53,244 bases of DNA. Source: an uncultured Candidatus Saccharibacteria bacterium (GTDB lineage Bacteria > Patescibacteriota > Saccharimonadia > Saccharimonadales > Saccharimonadaceae). Made by a program: the position numbers and the translations under genes. A model generated the notes under the pieces. That model made no database searches. It had not been told where the DNA came from and was given only the letters and a program-made list of their open reading frames with translations. The stretch's first letter is position 1. Each line of letters begins with the position of its first letter. The stretch covers positions 1 through 53,244 of the forward strand of contig CAUOVX010000001.1 of NCBI GenBank assembly GCA_963508115.1. The letters are read 5' to 3'. Positions 1 through 10,435 of this stretch are shown here, piece by piece.

Positions 1-1
1 T

Positions 2-76
2 TGGCTCCGGCAGCTGGGCTCGAACCAGCGACCTATTGGTTAACAGCCAACCGCTCTACCACTGAGCTATGCCGGA
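2..76 (-). tRNA. tRNA-Asn (GTT)
   Basis: Reverse complement TCCGGCATAGCTCAGTGGTAGAGCGGTTGGCT-GTT-AACCAATAGGTCGCTGGTTCGAGCCCAGCTGCCGGAG-CCA folds as a cloverleaf with encoded CCA. Confidence 0.97.
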
Positions 77-89
77 ATACCGTATTGCC

Positions 90-118
90 ATTGTACCGTA
101 TCATGACATTATTGTAAA
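90..118 (-). promoter_or_regulatory. sigma70-type promoter for tRNA-Asn
   Basis: Minus strand TTTACA (118-113), 17 nt spacer, TACAAT (95-90), just upstream of the tRNA. Confidence 0.6.
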
Positions 119-137
119 GAACTGAATTAACGGTATA

Positions 138-491
138 TCAGGCACCTTTGACGATATCCAACGCTTTTCTCAGGATAACCGCCTCCTCATGAGCCGCCTC
201 GTCCGCCGCGGCTTCACGTTTTTCGGCTTCTTGTTCCAGATGATGCCACCACGGATTAGTCGGGCCAGTAGTGATCTCGTGATTGATACCAAGCTCCAAC
301 GACCTGGCTTTACCCTCTCGCTTGATCAAGGCTCCTTGCGCCACCAAACCATCAATATGCTTGGCTACCGTTGAGACTGATTTATAGCCCAAGGCCTGCA
401 TTATCTCTCGAAAGGTTGGACTATATCCCTGTCCGCTGATAAATCCTTCGATAAAATCGAGTAGTTGTTTTTGCTTTTTCGTTAGTTTCAT
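138..491 (-). CDS. LexA-like protein, N-terminal winged-HTH DNA-binding domain only (no S24 peptidase domain)
   Basis: LTKKQKQLLDFI..GYSPTFREI...G.KS.STV.KH...L...G.L.R...ARSL is the LexA DNA-binding signature; the protein ends at 117 aa. Confidence 0.85.
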   Translation of the reverse strand: MKLTKKQKQLLDFIEGFISGQGYSPTFREIMQALGYKSVSTVAKHIDGLVAQGALIKREGKARSLELGINHEITTGPTNPWWHHLEQEAEKREAAADEAAHEEAVILRKALDIVKGA

Positions 492-546
492 ATATGTTCT
501 ATTCCTTGCTATACTTATAATACAACCAAATAGGAGGATAATAAAG

Positions 547-1560
547 ATGAAGATTTTGTTGACCGGTGGTGCAGGCTATATCGGTTCTCATACCGCCATT
601 GAGCTGATTCACAGCGGACACGAGGTGGTTATTATGGATGATCTGTCAAATAGCTCAGCGGAAGTGATACGACGCATCGAAGATATCACCAAAACGACTA
701 TTCCGTTTGTGAAAGCAGACGTACGTGACAAAGCAGCGCTAGAAGAGGTATTTGCTAATCAACAGATTGATGCCGTCATTCATTTTGCTGGGTTTAAAGC
801 TGTTGGCGAATCGGTCGCTAAACCGCTGGAATATTATGACAATAATCTCGTCTCAAGCTTAGTTCTTCTAGAGACTATGCAAAAACATCATGTTAACAAA
901 ATCGTCTTCTCCAGCTCAGCCACTGTCTACGGCACTCCAGAGTCTCTGCCGCTAACAGAAGAATCACCAACTGGTCGCGGTATCACCAATCCATATGGTC
1001 AGACTAAGTTCATGATTGAGCAGATTTTGCAAGACGCTGCAGTCGCCAACCCAGAGTTGGAAGTGTCTATTTTGCGCTATTTCAACCCAATCGGCGCACA
1101 CGCATCGGGAACCATTGGTGAAGATCCAAACGGTATCCCAAACAATCTGCTACCATACGTTGCGCAAGTGGCAGTTGGTAAATTGAATGAAGTTGGTGTG
1201 TTCGGTGATGACTATGACACACCTGATGGTACTGGTGTGCGTGACTATATCCACGTAGTCGATTTGGCGCGTGGTCACGTGGCAGCACTAGAACACATGA
1301 AGTCAGGCGTGAATATATATAATCTTGGCACAGGACATGGTACCTCTGTTCTAGAAATCATCAAGGCGTTTTCTCAGGCCTCTGGCCACGACATTCCTTA
1401 CGTCATCAAGCCTCGTCGCCCTGGTGATTTGGCGGCTTGCTATGCCAACTGCAACAAAGCCCAAAGAGAGCTCAACTGGAAAGCTGAGTTGTCTGTTGAA
1501 CGAGCCTGTCAGGACACCTGGAACTGGCAAAGTAACAATCCAAACGGCTACCAGTCATAA
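547..1560 (+). CDS. galE: UDP-glucose 4-epimerase
   Basis: TGGAGYIGSH, HFAGFKAVGES, SSSATVYG, YGQTK, LRYFNP, GTGVRDYIHV; upstream AGGAGG SD and TGcTATACT extended -10. Confidence 0.96.
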   Translation: MKILLTGGAGYIGSHTAIELIHSGHEVVIMDDLSNSSAEVIRRIEDITKTTIPFVKADVRDKAALEEVFANQQIDAVIHFAGFKAVGESVAKPLEYYDNNLVSSLVLLETMQKHHVNKIVFSSSATVYGTPESLPLTEESPTGRGITNPYGQTKFMIEQILQDAAVANPELEVSILRYFNPIGAHASGTIGEDPNGIPNNLLPYVAQVAVGKLNEVGVFGDDYDTPDGTGVRDYIHVVDLARGHVAALEHMKSGVNIYNLGTGHGTSVLEIIKAFSQASGHDIPYVIKPRRPGDLAACYANCNKAQRELNWKAELSVERACQDTWNWQSNNPNGYQS

Positions 1561-1593
1561 TACATTCAGTACTTAACCTAAAACCAGCGGCTA

Positions 1594-3300
1594 CTACCGC
1601 TGGTTTTCTGTACCGAGGACGATGACGATGTCAGCGTTATACTTACTAATGGTCGGTGGGATGGTAGTCACAACATTAGTACCATAGGTCTGCTTCAACT
1701 TTTCGATAGTCTTTGGTTTCGTGCCGTTACTTAGGTCGTAGATGGTATGTTTGGCTTGCACGCCGCCTGGATAGTTACCCACCTGGACCACATTTAGCTC
1801 TTGTTTGGTTAATTTTGTCTGTTCGGCGGCTGCTACGCCCGCGATACCAGAGCCATTCAAAATCACCAATCTCGCTTCTTCATTCATCTCAGCTGTTGGA
1901 CTGATGCGTTTTTTGACATAATTTTTGATGGCCGTGTAATTGTAGGTTCCAGCGGTCGGCACCACCACGCTAGCACCTGCGATATTGGAAGTCGTCAGTA
2001 GCTGCACCTTATTTTTCTCATCGACTAGTGGTATTGAGACAATCTTTTCCGCATTAAACTCCTTCAAAATCTCAATGATAGTCTGCATCTCTTTGGTCTC
2101 AAAGTTGGTGTTAATATTATTGCCCAGCGCATCGATAATCCCCATCATGACATTGAAATCTGCTTTGTTGGATGTTTTGGCTTTCTCGACGATGGCTTTG
2201 ATAATTTTTTGCTGGTTGCGCTCACGGTCAAAGTTACCGCCACTCAGTCCAATTCCTCCAGCGCTACCACGAGCACGGCTGAATGCTAGAGCCTGCTCAC
2301 CATTCATGTGAACCGTTTCACCATTACGGTAGCGAACCTTTGTAGCCACGTCGTACACCATCGATGAGCCGTCGTAGGCCTCAACCTTCACATCAATTCC
2401 ACCAAGTGCATTAACCACCTCGGTAAGAACGCGCCAGTTTGCGTGCACTTTGTAGTGAATTTCCATACCCAATACTTCTTGCGCAGTTTTAGCGATCTCT
2501 GCTTGTCCAGCCTGTTCACTAGCAGCTTGATCCTTGCCGCTGTCTTTGGCGTCTTGTTTACCACAACCATAACTCTCGTTGAGCTTTCCAGCGGTAGTTT
2601 TCAGCCAAGACTGACAGGTGTGTTTGACGTAAAGGTCTCGCGGCAGAGACACAGTGTAGGCGTCCTTATTGTCTTGGTGGTAGGACAATACCATGATTGA
2701 GTCAGCCAAGTCAGCGCCTTCCCAGCCGTCAGGCGACGTACCAAAGATTAAGACATTCGTGCGGCCGTTATCATCCTGTTTGAGGCGGGTTTTCGTGAAC
2801 AATCCAAGGATGTCTCCGCCGACAACTCGCGACAGATTATTGTATAGTCGCCACGCCTGAAAACCCAAAAATATCAGCAGTGGAATTAGTATTATCAGTA
2901 TAATGCGCTTAATGAGTCGTCGCTTTTTGAACTGCTCAAACGACAGCGGTTTTTTGTTCTTTTTCTCACGCTTTTTATTAAGCTTCTCTAGCTTCTTTTC
3001 TGCCTTGAGGCGCTTCTGCTCTTTCTTATCCGGTTCTGGTCGGACTGGTCGCTGCGGCTGATTATCAATTTCTCGCAGACCGGCCTGTATATCATTATCT
3101 TCAGGAAATGGCCGCTGCAATTGCTGTGGCTGCTGAAAATGCTGCGGAGCAACTGGTGTACGGCGTTGCTGCATACCATCAATAGCAACCGGTCTGCCCA
3201 CTCGCCTCGGAGCGTCAGCACCGGGTTTATTCCCGACTCGCTCTGGTCGTCGACCAGCAGGAATGAAACCATCAACTGATATATTCGGCTTTTTCATCAA
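1594..3300 (-). CDS. LCP (LytR-CpsA-Psr) family glycopolymer transferase with C-terminal LytR_C domain
   Basis: Cytoplasmic N-tail and one TM helix; TNVLIFG, ADSIMV, SLPRDLYV, ALAFSRAR, DRERNQQ; C-terminal VILNGSGIAGVA...DIVIVLG. Confidence 0.92.
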   Translation of the reverse strand: MMKKPNISVDGFIPAGRRPERVGNKPGADAPRRVGRPVAIDGMQQRRTPVAPQHFQQPQQLQRPFPEDNDIQAGLREIDNQPQRPVRPEPDKKEQKRLKAEKKLEKLNKKREKKNKKPLSFEQFKKRRLIKRIILIILIPLLIFLGFQAWRLYNNLSRVVGGDILGLFTKTRLKQDDNGRTNVLIFGTSPDGWEGADLADSIMVLSYHQDNKDAYTVSLPRDLYVKHTCQSWLKTTAGKLNESYGCGKQDAKDSGKDQAASEQAGQAEIAKTAQEVLGMEIHYKVHANWRVLTEVVNALGGIDVKVEAYDGSSMVYDVATKVRYRNGETVHMNGEQALAFSRARGSAGGIGLSGGNFDRERNQQKIIKAIVEKAKTSNKADFNVMMGIIDALGNNINTNFETKEMQTIIEILKEFNAEKIVSIPLVDEKNKVQLLTTSNIAGASVVVPTAGTYNYTAIKNYVKKRISPTAEMNEEARLVILNGSGIAGVAAAEQTKLTKQELNVVQVGNYPGGVQAKHTIYDLSNGTKPKTIEKLKQTYGTNVVTTIPPTISKYNADIVIVLGTENQR

Positions 3301-4714
3301 CTCTATCTATTATAGCAAACATAAGCATCGCAACAAAATAAATATGGAGTGCGTTCGGTAGCCCTGAAAAGAACATCCACTGGAGAACAAACCCCAGGAT
3401 AATTGGCCACGCTAGCGCTTTTTTGACGGACATTTTTCGACACAAAGCCAGCAGTAGAGATGTCAATAATACAACACCTACAATCCCCAATTCCACTGCC
3501 ACAGACAAGAATTCATTTTGGACAATTTCAAATTCGCCACTCGTCTTGCCAGATTGTTGAAAAATAGCACGTCCTGCGCCGCCTGCGCCGACCCCAAAAA
3601 GAAATTGCGTTGGGCTCTTCGTCCAAACCTCCAAAGCAAGTTGCGACATACCAGTTCGCTCCTCTGTCGATTTCGCAACATAGCCATCAAACACTGCTTT
3701 CGGCGGCGAGTCTAGTGTTACCTCTTGAGAGGGAGGTTTTGTAGTACTCCCTTGAGGGGGTTGTTGAGGCGCTAGGTTTGGTAAGTTGATTTTTCCAAGT
3801 GACAGATGGTTGATTGATTTGGTGATTGATTGATAAAACCCGTCAGCTACCCGAGGATTAAGCTGCGTAAAGATTCCGTGCCACATCATACCAAAGGCAA
3901 AGCTACCCGCTAGCACCATGACGACCACAGCCGAGGACCGTAGCCAGTTGGTCGATGTACGCCAATGTACCAGTACTACCTGCACTAGCACCGCCGCCGT
4001 CACTGCATACAGTGCGCCGCGGCTCAGTGTGAGGTATAGCGCCACGAACATCAAACAGAGAGCAACTATGTCATATTTCGTGGCTTTGTTTTGTAGTAGT
4101 CGGTAGGAGACTAGTAAAATTGGCGCAATCAACAGGCTCCCAAAAAACTGTGGTTCAATAGCAAAACCACTGGGGCGCACAAACCCAAATCCTCGGGCCA
4201 CACACCCATTGCACAAGCCCCAGTCAAACCAAGCGCCGTATACAACCTGCACAATTGCCAATAGGCTCATGGCTACTGCGGTCGTGACGGTAACGCTCAT
4301 CAGCGGACCAACCATTTTCTTGAGCGACGGCAAGCTATATATCACCAGAAAGTCGAGAAATAATACGCTCCACAAGCCACTTACGAGAATTGACCGTAGT
4401 GGATTGACCGACCAGATGACACTCAAGAGATTCCAGCCCACAAACATAGCTAGTAACCAGACGGCTTTTTGTCGCCAGAGAAATTGCCGACGATTCCAAA
4501 TTTGCGGCAATCCCACTAGTGCCAAAACTACTGCGTAAATGACGGCGATTGATAGTTCCAAATTCGTACCGCTTTGCCGACCAAAAGATATAGTGGGAAA
4601 ATACGAAAACCACAGCGCCACGGGCACTAATAGCACTAACCTCTCTGTAACGCTAGCCTCCACCAACCATGACGGCAAGCTCTGTCGCACGCTATTTACC
4701 AGTCGCATCATCAA
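3272..4714 (-). CDS. O-antigen ligase / Wzy_C family multi-pass membrane protein
   Basis: About 12 hydrophobic segments; R.SGF.IEP, LTLSRGA, LFGVGAG, NEFL..AVELGIVG motifs. Confidence 0.8.
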   Translation of the reverse strand: MMMRLVNSVRQSLPSWLVEASVTERLVLLVPVALWFSYFPTISFGRQSGTNLELSIAVIYAVVLALVGLPQIWNRRQFLWRQKAVWLLAMFVGWNLLSVIWSVNPLRSILVSGLWSVLFLDFLVIYSLPSLKKMVGPLMSVTVTTAVAMSLLAIVQVVYGAWFDWGLCNGCVARGFGFVRPSGFAIEPQFFGSLLIAPILLVSYRLLQNKATKYDIVALCLMFVALYLTLSRGALYAVTAAVLVQVVLVHWRTSTNWLRSSAVVVMVLAGSFAFGMMWHGIFTQLNPRVADGFYQSITKSINHLSLGKINLPNLAPQQPPQGSTTKPPSQEVTLDSPPKAVFDGYVAKSTEERTGMSQLALEVWTKSPTQFLFGVGAGGAGRAIFQQSGKTSGEFEIVQNEFLSVAVELGIVGVVLLTSLLLALCRKMSVKKALAWPIILGFVLQWMFFSGLPNALHIYFVAMLMFAIIDRVDEKAEYIS

Positions 4715-5831
4715 CTATCCGCTGTAGATCCTGCTTAAACCTCGCATCCGAAAAATCCTTCGCCGATGCTGAGACCTGCTGTTTGTTAAATGTCATACCG
4801 TCAAATCGTTTCATTGCCGCCATCAAACTTTCGACTGTCTGCTCGTCAAAGAATGTGCCATTTTTCCCTTCGTGAATATAGTCCAACGCCCCACCTTGTT
4901 TCAAAGCGATCACCGGCACGCCAGCGCTCAACGCTTCAATTGGCGCAATACCAAACGGCTCAATACTTGGGAAAATAAATCCTTTTGCCTGGGACACCAA
5001 GGCGTTCAATTCCCCAGGATTATCAATGCGTGGGATAAATCTAATGAGTGGACTATCTCCCGCCAGCTGCTGCAAAATGCCGTGTTCTGCGCCATCACCC
5101 ACCAACACCAGCCGCTTGCCTGACAACAAACACGCTTTGATAGCAATATCCAGACGCTTCCAGTTAACCTGCCGAGAGGTGGTGATGAAAAATTCTTCTT
5201 TGGAATTAGCAGTCGAACCAATAGTAAATTTATCGACTTCTACCGGTGGGAACAATACCTGAGCGGACCGATTATAGTACTTTTTAGTTTCGGCAGCTGA
5301 ATACGACGAGTTAGCCACCAGCACCGTTGGTCGCTGGGCAAATTTCCAATCAATCTTGCGCAGTGGCCCCACCAATAGCTTAAAAAAGAACCGTACGATG
5401 AAATTCAGTTTACCAAAGCCAGGGTTTTTGACATAGTCATCATACATCCCCCAAAAATACTGCGTCGGCGGGCCCTGCAAATAGCAAATTCCTGTCTGAT
5501 GTGGATAAAGTTTAATACCCTTACTTTCCGCTGTACAAACGGTGATGATGATGTCATAGTGACGCAACCGACGGTGTAACCGATTGAAATAGAGCGCCCT
5601 GGGTACTGCCAAAATTTTCCTGAGGCGAGCAGGAAAGATATTCACCCAACCAACATGAACCTGGCAATCATCAAACCAATTTATCTGCTTGCGAGAATAT
5701 TGCGAGGTAAAAATGGGTGCATCAGGGAATAGTTCATGGATGGATTTGACTACTTTTTCCGCTCCGCCATAGGTCGTCAACCAATCACAAACGATGGCAA
5801 CGCGCGGCGCTTCCTGGCTCTCAGAAGCCAT
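4692..5831 (-). CDS. GT4 family glycosyltransferase
   Basis: VAIVCDWL..YGGAEKV and EPFGIAPIEALSAGVPVIA; start moved to ATG 5831, which overlaps the upstream stop (TGATG). Confidence 0.9.
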   Translation of the reverse strand: MASESQEAPRVAIVCDWLTTYGGAEKVVKSIHELFPDAPIFTSQYSRKQINWFDDCQVHVGWVNIFPARLRKILAVPRALYFNRLHRRLRHYDIIITVCTAESKGIKLYPHQTGICYLQGPPTQYFWGMYDDYVKNPGFGKLNFIVRFFFKLLVGPLRKIDWKFAQRPTVLVANSSYSAAETKKYYNRSAQVLFPPVEVDKFTIGSTANSKEEFFITTSRQVNWKRLDIAIKACLLSGKRLVLVGDGAEHGILQQLAGDSPLIRFIPRIDNPGELNALVSQAKGFIFPSIEPFGIAPIEALSAGVPVIALKQGGALDYIHEGKNGTFFDEQTVESLMAAMKRFDGMTFNKQQVSASAKDFSDARFKQDLQRIVDDATGK

Positions 5832-7237
5832 CACCGAGCTCCCCGCTGAAACAGCACCATCCCAAACGTCTTTACTAAAATACGAATATCCAACCACAAC
5901 GACCAATTCTGTACATAGTAGACATCAAGCTGACGTCGCTCCTCAAAGCTAATATCACGCCTCCCAGACACCTGTGCTAGACCAGTCAAGCCGGATTTTA
6001 CTGCCAAGATAGTGTCTTTGCGTTTGTACTGATTGATTTCCTGGGGAATCAACGCTCGTGGACCAACCAGTGAAATATCACCTTTAACGACATTTAACAG
6101 TTGTGGCAATTCGTCCAGCGAGGTTGCTCGAAGGAATCGCCCCAACCGAGTGATGCGTGGATCATTGTCTAGTTGATCGCCATTATCACGGTATTGCTTG
6201 ATCAGCTCCGGACGACCCATCATCGTAAAGGCTTCTTCAGGAGTGGTGCCGTTGTATTTGGACTTCTGCGAGCGGAACTTATAAATCCTAAATTCGCGGT
6301 TGAATCGTGTTAGCCTGGTCTGACGGAAGAACACGGCTTCACGCGGCGCACTCAGTTTCATGATGATCGCCACCAACAGCATGATCGGTGAGAGTAGCAG
6401 CAGCGCCACACTACCGACCACGATATCCATCAAGCGCTTCCACACCCGACCAACCCCAAACAACTGGGTTGCCTGAATTTCTATGATTGGTAGTCCAGCG
6501 ATAATCTCCACGCTATTCATCCTGGATACCATTCGGTCTTGCTGCGGCACGAACATATAGGTCAGATGGTTTGACAACGCGTAGTGATAGACTTCTTGAG
6601 ACCGCGTGATATCAGTCTGCATGATGATGGCGGGGCGAACTGCTTCGACGGCAGTTTTAAAGTTTTTGAAGGTTTCTACTCCCTTACCGCCATAGCCCGC
6701 CACAACGCCGACGACATCATAGCCATAATTGATATGTTTGCCAAAATACTCTGCCAGCTCAACAGTTTTTTCGTTATCACCAACGATCAACACTTTTTGC
6801 CGACCAAAGCCACGCAGAATTAACACGCTATTGATCAATTTCACAAGTTCACGACCCAAAATCATCAAGATAAAATTGATGACCACAAAGTACACTGCAA
6901 TGATTCTCACTGGAAACACATCTTCACCAGTGAAAAACTCATAGGAAATCAGCGCCATCACACTGATAACAGAGGTCAATAGCACGCGCATATACTCTTT
7001 GGGGCGAGACAAAAATATTTCTCGGTTGTACAGCCCAGACAAGGCATTGACTATTAGCCATAGCGGCAACAAAGCCACGATCAGTACAACAAAGTTACGA
7101 ATTTGCGGCACAAAGTAATACACGCGGGTGTCCAGGTGAGTTCGGTAATAATAAGCTAGCGCAAATGACAGCACCACCATCGCAACATCAGCCAACAAGA
7201 GTAACGCTTTTGAGGTAAACAGGAAATCGCGTTTCAT
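5831..7237 (-). CDS. Priming undecaprenyl-phosphate sugar phosphotransferase (WbaP/CpsE-like)
   Basis: Four N-terminal TMs; KRLMDI, IYKFRS, NDPRITRLGRFLRATSLDELPQL, SLVGPR, GLTGLAQVSGR, D.YYV.NWSLWLD. Confidence 0.93.
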   Translation of the reverse strand: MKRDFLFTSKALLLLADVAMVVLSFALAYYYRTHLDTRVYYFVPQIRNFVVLIVALLPLWLIVNALSGLYNREIFLSRPKEYMRVLLTSVISVMALISYEFFTGEDVFPVRIIAVYFVVINFILMILGRELVKLINSVLILRGFGRQKVLIVGDNEKTVELAEYFGKHINYGYDVVGVVAGYGGKGVETFKNFKTAVEAVRPAIIMQTDITRSQEVYHYALSNHLTYMFVPQQDRMVSRMNSVEIIAGLPIIEIQATQLFGVGRVWKRLMDIVVGSVALLLLSPIMLLVAIIMKLSAPREAVFFRQTRLTRFNREFRIYKFRSQKSKYNGTTPEEAFTMMGRPELIKQYRDNGDQLDNDPRITRLGRFLRATSLDELPQLLNVVKGDISLVGPRALIPQEINQYKRKDTILAVKSGLTGLAQVSGRRDISFEERRQLDVYYVQNWSLWLDIRILVKTFGMVLFQRGAR

Positions 7238-7257
7238 AGTGCTATTTTACCCCTTAA

Positions 7258-8250
7258 TCACTGAAATCCCAAGGCTTTCTTGATGCGATTCACTTGCTTC
7301 AATGGAAGACCGTGATACAACAGTGATTTGATGTAAGTATTTGAGACGGTTTTGGTCTTTTGAATACGGCGGCGCTTAGCTAGTGCTTTTGGCCACAGAC
7401 CTATGCTTTGTATAAACCCCTTGGCCGCAAATTTAAAGCCGCCTTTTGGTATTTGGTACACCATGAACATGAAATATATGAGCGTAAATTTGAACCACAT
7501 CGGTATGATCATGGGAAATGGTACATTTTTCCAAAATACCTGCGGCAAGTTTTTGAATACTTGGTTGATAGTAAAACCAGGGATTTTGGAGCTTGTTGCT
7601 GAGTGTTTATGGAAAACTACCGCAGTTTTTTCATACCACACTTTCCAGCCGACTAGTTGCATACGCCATGAAATATCAACGTCTTCATTGTACGCGAAAA
7701 AGTCCTCGTCAAAGAAGCCAATCTGCTGAAAAACTTTGGTGCGATACAAGGTTGCTCCACCCGTTGCCCCAAAAAGTAAGCCACTGTCAGGTGCTTGGTC
7801 TTTTGGTAAATGCTCCGCACGCAGCGCTGGAATACCCCAGGTAGAGTACTCATCACCTGCGTCATCGATGAACTTGCCAGTAGTATCTAACATCAAGCTA
7901 GTAACCGCGCCAACCTCTGGTTTTTGCTCAAGAGCGCCCGCCAAATTTTTCAACCAGTCTGGTTCTGGAGCCGCATCATTGTTCAACAAAGCCACCGCAT
8001 CAAATCCCTGTTCAATAGCCCAACGAATTCCAATATTAACCCCGCCAGTAAAGCCAGTATTGTTTGGCTCTTGATGAAAATGGAGATTTTTCATCTTGAT
8101 TTTCGATAATTCTTTAACCGAATCATCGCCTGATCCATTGTCTATCAAATATATCTCAAAATCTTCATGCGTCTGTTTTTTCATGGCAGCCAAACATTTC
8201 TTCGTGTCCTGCCAGCCTTTATAATTCAGAATAACCACTGCGGCTCTCAT
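7258..8250 (-). CDS. GT2 family glycosyltransferase (WbbL/rhamnosyltransferase-like)
   Basis: VVILNY, IDNGS.D, NTGFTGGVNIG, LLNNDA, FDEDFFAYNEDVD; start set at ATG 8250 behind a GGAG SD. Confidence 0.88.
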   Translation of the reverse strand: MRAAVVILNYKGWQDTKKCLAAMKKQTHEDFEIYLIDNGSGDDSVKELSKIKMKNLHFHQEPNNTGFTGGVNIGIRWAIEQGFDAVALLNNDAAPEPDWLKNLAGALEQKPEVGAVTSLMLDTTGKFIDDAGDEYSTWGIPALRAEHLPKDQAPDSGLLFGATGGATLYRTKVFQQIGFFDEDFFAYNEDVDISWRMQLVGWKVWYEKTAVVFHKHSATSSKIPGFTINQVFKNLPQVFWKNVPFPMIIPMWFKFTLIYFMFMVYQIPKGGFKFAAKGFIQSIGLWPKALAKRRRIQKTKTVSNTYIKSLLYHGLPLKQVNRIKKALGFQ

Positions 8251-8267
8251 ATCATCTCCTGTTTTAG

Positions 8268-9317
<1,050 letters not shown>

Positions 9318-9319
9318 CC

Positions 9320-9868
9320 ATGACCGATGCGCCGTCAAAAACGAAAGTCAGCAGTAAAATCGTCTATCAAAATCCTTGGATCACCATACACGAAGATCAA
9401 ACTGTTAGTCCAGACGGAAACACTGGGGTTTATGGTTACATGGAGTCGCGAGACTCGTGCATGGTTGTAGTGTTAGACGACCAAGAGCGCCTGTATTTAG
9501 TGCGCGGTTTTCGCTATCCGTCGCAAAGCTTTGGTTGGGAGTTACCTGGCGGTGGGGGTGACAATGAAGATCTATTAGAAGCCTCAAAGCGCGAACTCGA
9601 GGAAGAAACCGGCATCATCGCTCAGTCCTGGCAAAAACTAGGTGAAGCATACGTCTGCAATGGCCTACTGACGGAGAAAATGGCCGTTTGCCTGGCCCGA
9701 GAACTAAGCTTCACTGGCCAGCGTGAGCAAAGCGATGAAATGTTTAGTGATATGCGGTTTTTCACACTTGATGAGATCGATAATTTGATTCGAGACGGCG
9801 AGATTAATGACTGTCAGACCCTGGCAGGGCTACATTATTATCAACTATGGCGAAAGGATACTGTATGA
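9320..9868 (+). CDS. NUDIX hydrolase (ADP-ribose/NDP-sugar pyrophosphatase-like)
   Basis: WELPGG...LEASKRELEEETG Nudix box; upstream FRYP motif. Confidence 0.88.
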   Translation: MTDAPSKTKVSSKIVYQNPWITIHEDQTVSPDGNTGVYGYMESRDSCMVVVLDDQERLYLVRGFRYPSQSFGWELPGGGGDNEDLLEASKRELEEETGIIAQSWQKLGEAYVCNGLLTEKMAVCLARELSFTGQREQSDEMFSDMRFFTLDEIDNLIRDGEINDCQTLAGLHYYQLWRKDTV

Positions 9869-10434
9869 ATTTCGATCCAAGCGATTACAACGAACTAACC
9901 GTCACTGAATCGCCGATTCCTGGACTATTTGTCGTCAAACTGCCAGTCCATGGCGACAACCGCGGCTGGTTCAAAGAAAATTATCAAAAGGAAAAAATGG
10001 AAGCACTGGGACTACCGTCATTTACCATCGTGCAAAACAACATCAGCTTCAATGACAAAGCCGGCGCTACCCGCGGCCTGCATGCCGAACCATGGAATAA
10101 ATTTATCTCCACCGCTAATGGCCGAGTATTCGGCGCGTGGTGTGATTTGCGTCAGGGCGACAGCTTCGGCACTGTTTTCACACACGAAATCAATCCTGGC
10201 ACGGCAATCTTCGTACCCAAAGGTGTCGCCAACGGCTATCAAGCGCTTGATGACAGTATCGCCTACACCTATCTAGTTGACGCGCACTGGTCTCCAGACG
10301 CAAAATACACTTTTGTCAATCTGTTTGACCCGGCACTCGGTATTGACTGGCCGATCAGCCAAGACCAAGCAATCATTTCCGAGAAGGATGCTGCTCACCC
10401 GCTCCTTGCAAACGTAATTCCGATGGAGGTTTAA
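9865..10434 (+). CDS. rfbC: dTDP-4-dehydrorhamnose 3,5-epimerase
   Basis: HGDNRGWFKEN, QNNISFN, RGLHAEPW, VPKGVANGYQ; start at ATG 9865 (ATGA overlap with the NUDIX stop). Confidence 0.93.
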   Translation: MNFDPSDYNELTVTESPIPGLFVVKLPVHGDNRGWFKENYQKEKMEALGLPSFTIVQNNISFNDKAGATRGLHAEPWNKFISTANGRVFGAWCDLRQGDSFGTVFTHEINPGTAIFVPKGVANGYQALDDSIAYTYLVDAHWSPDAKYTFVNLFDPALGIDWPISQDQAIISEKDAAHPLLANVIPMEV

Positions 10435-10435
10435 T

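Noticed and set aside
488..500. SOS (GAAC-N4-GTTC) box at the lexA-like start
   Set aside because: Only one half-site (GTTC at 496-499) is present; the other half does not match.
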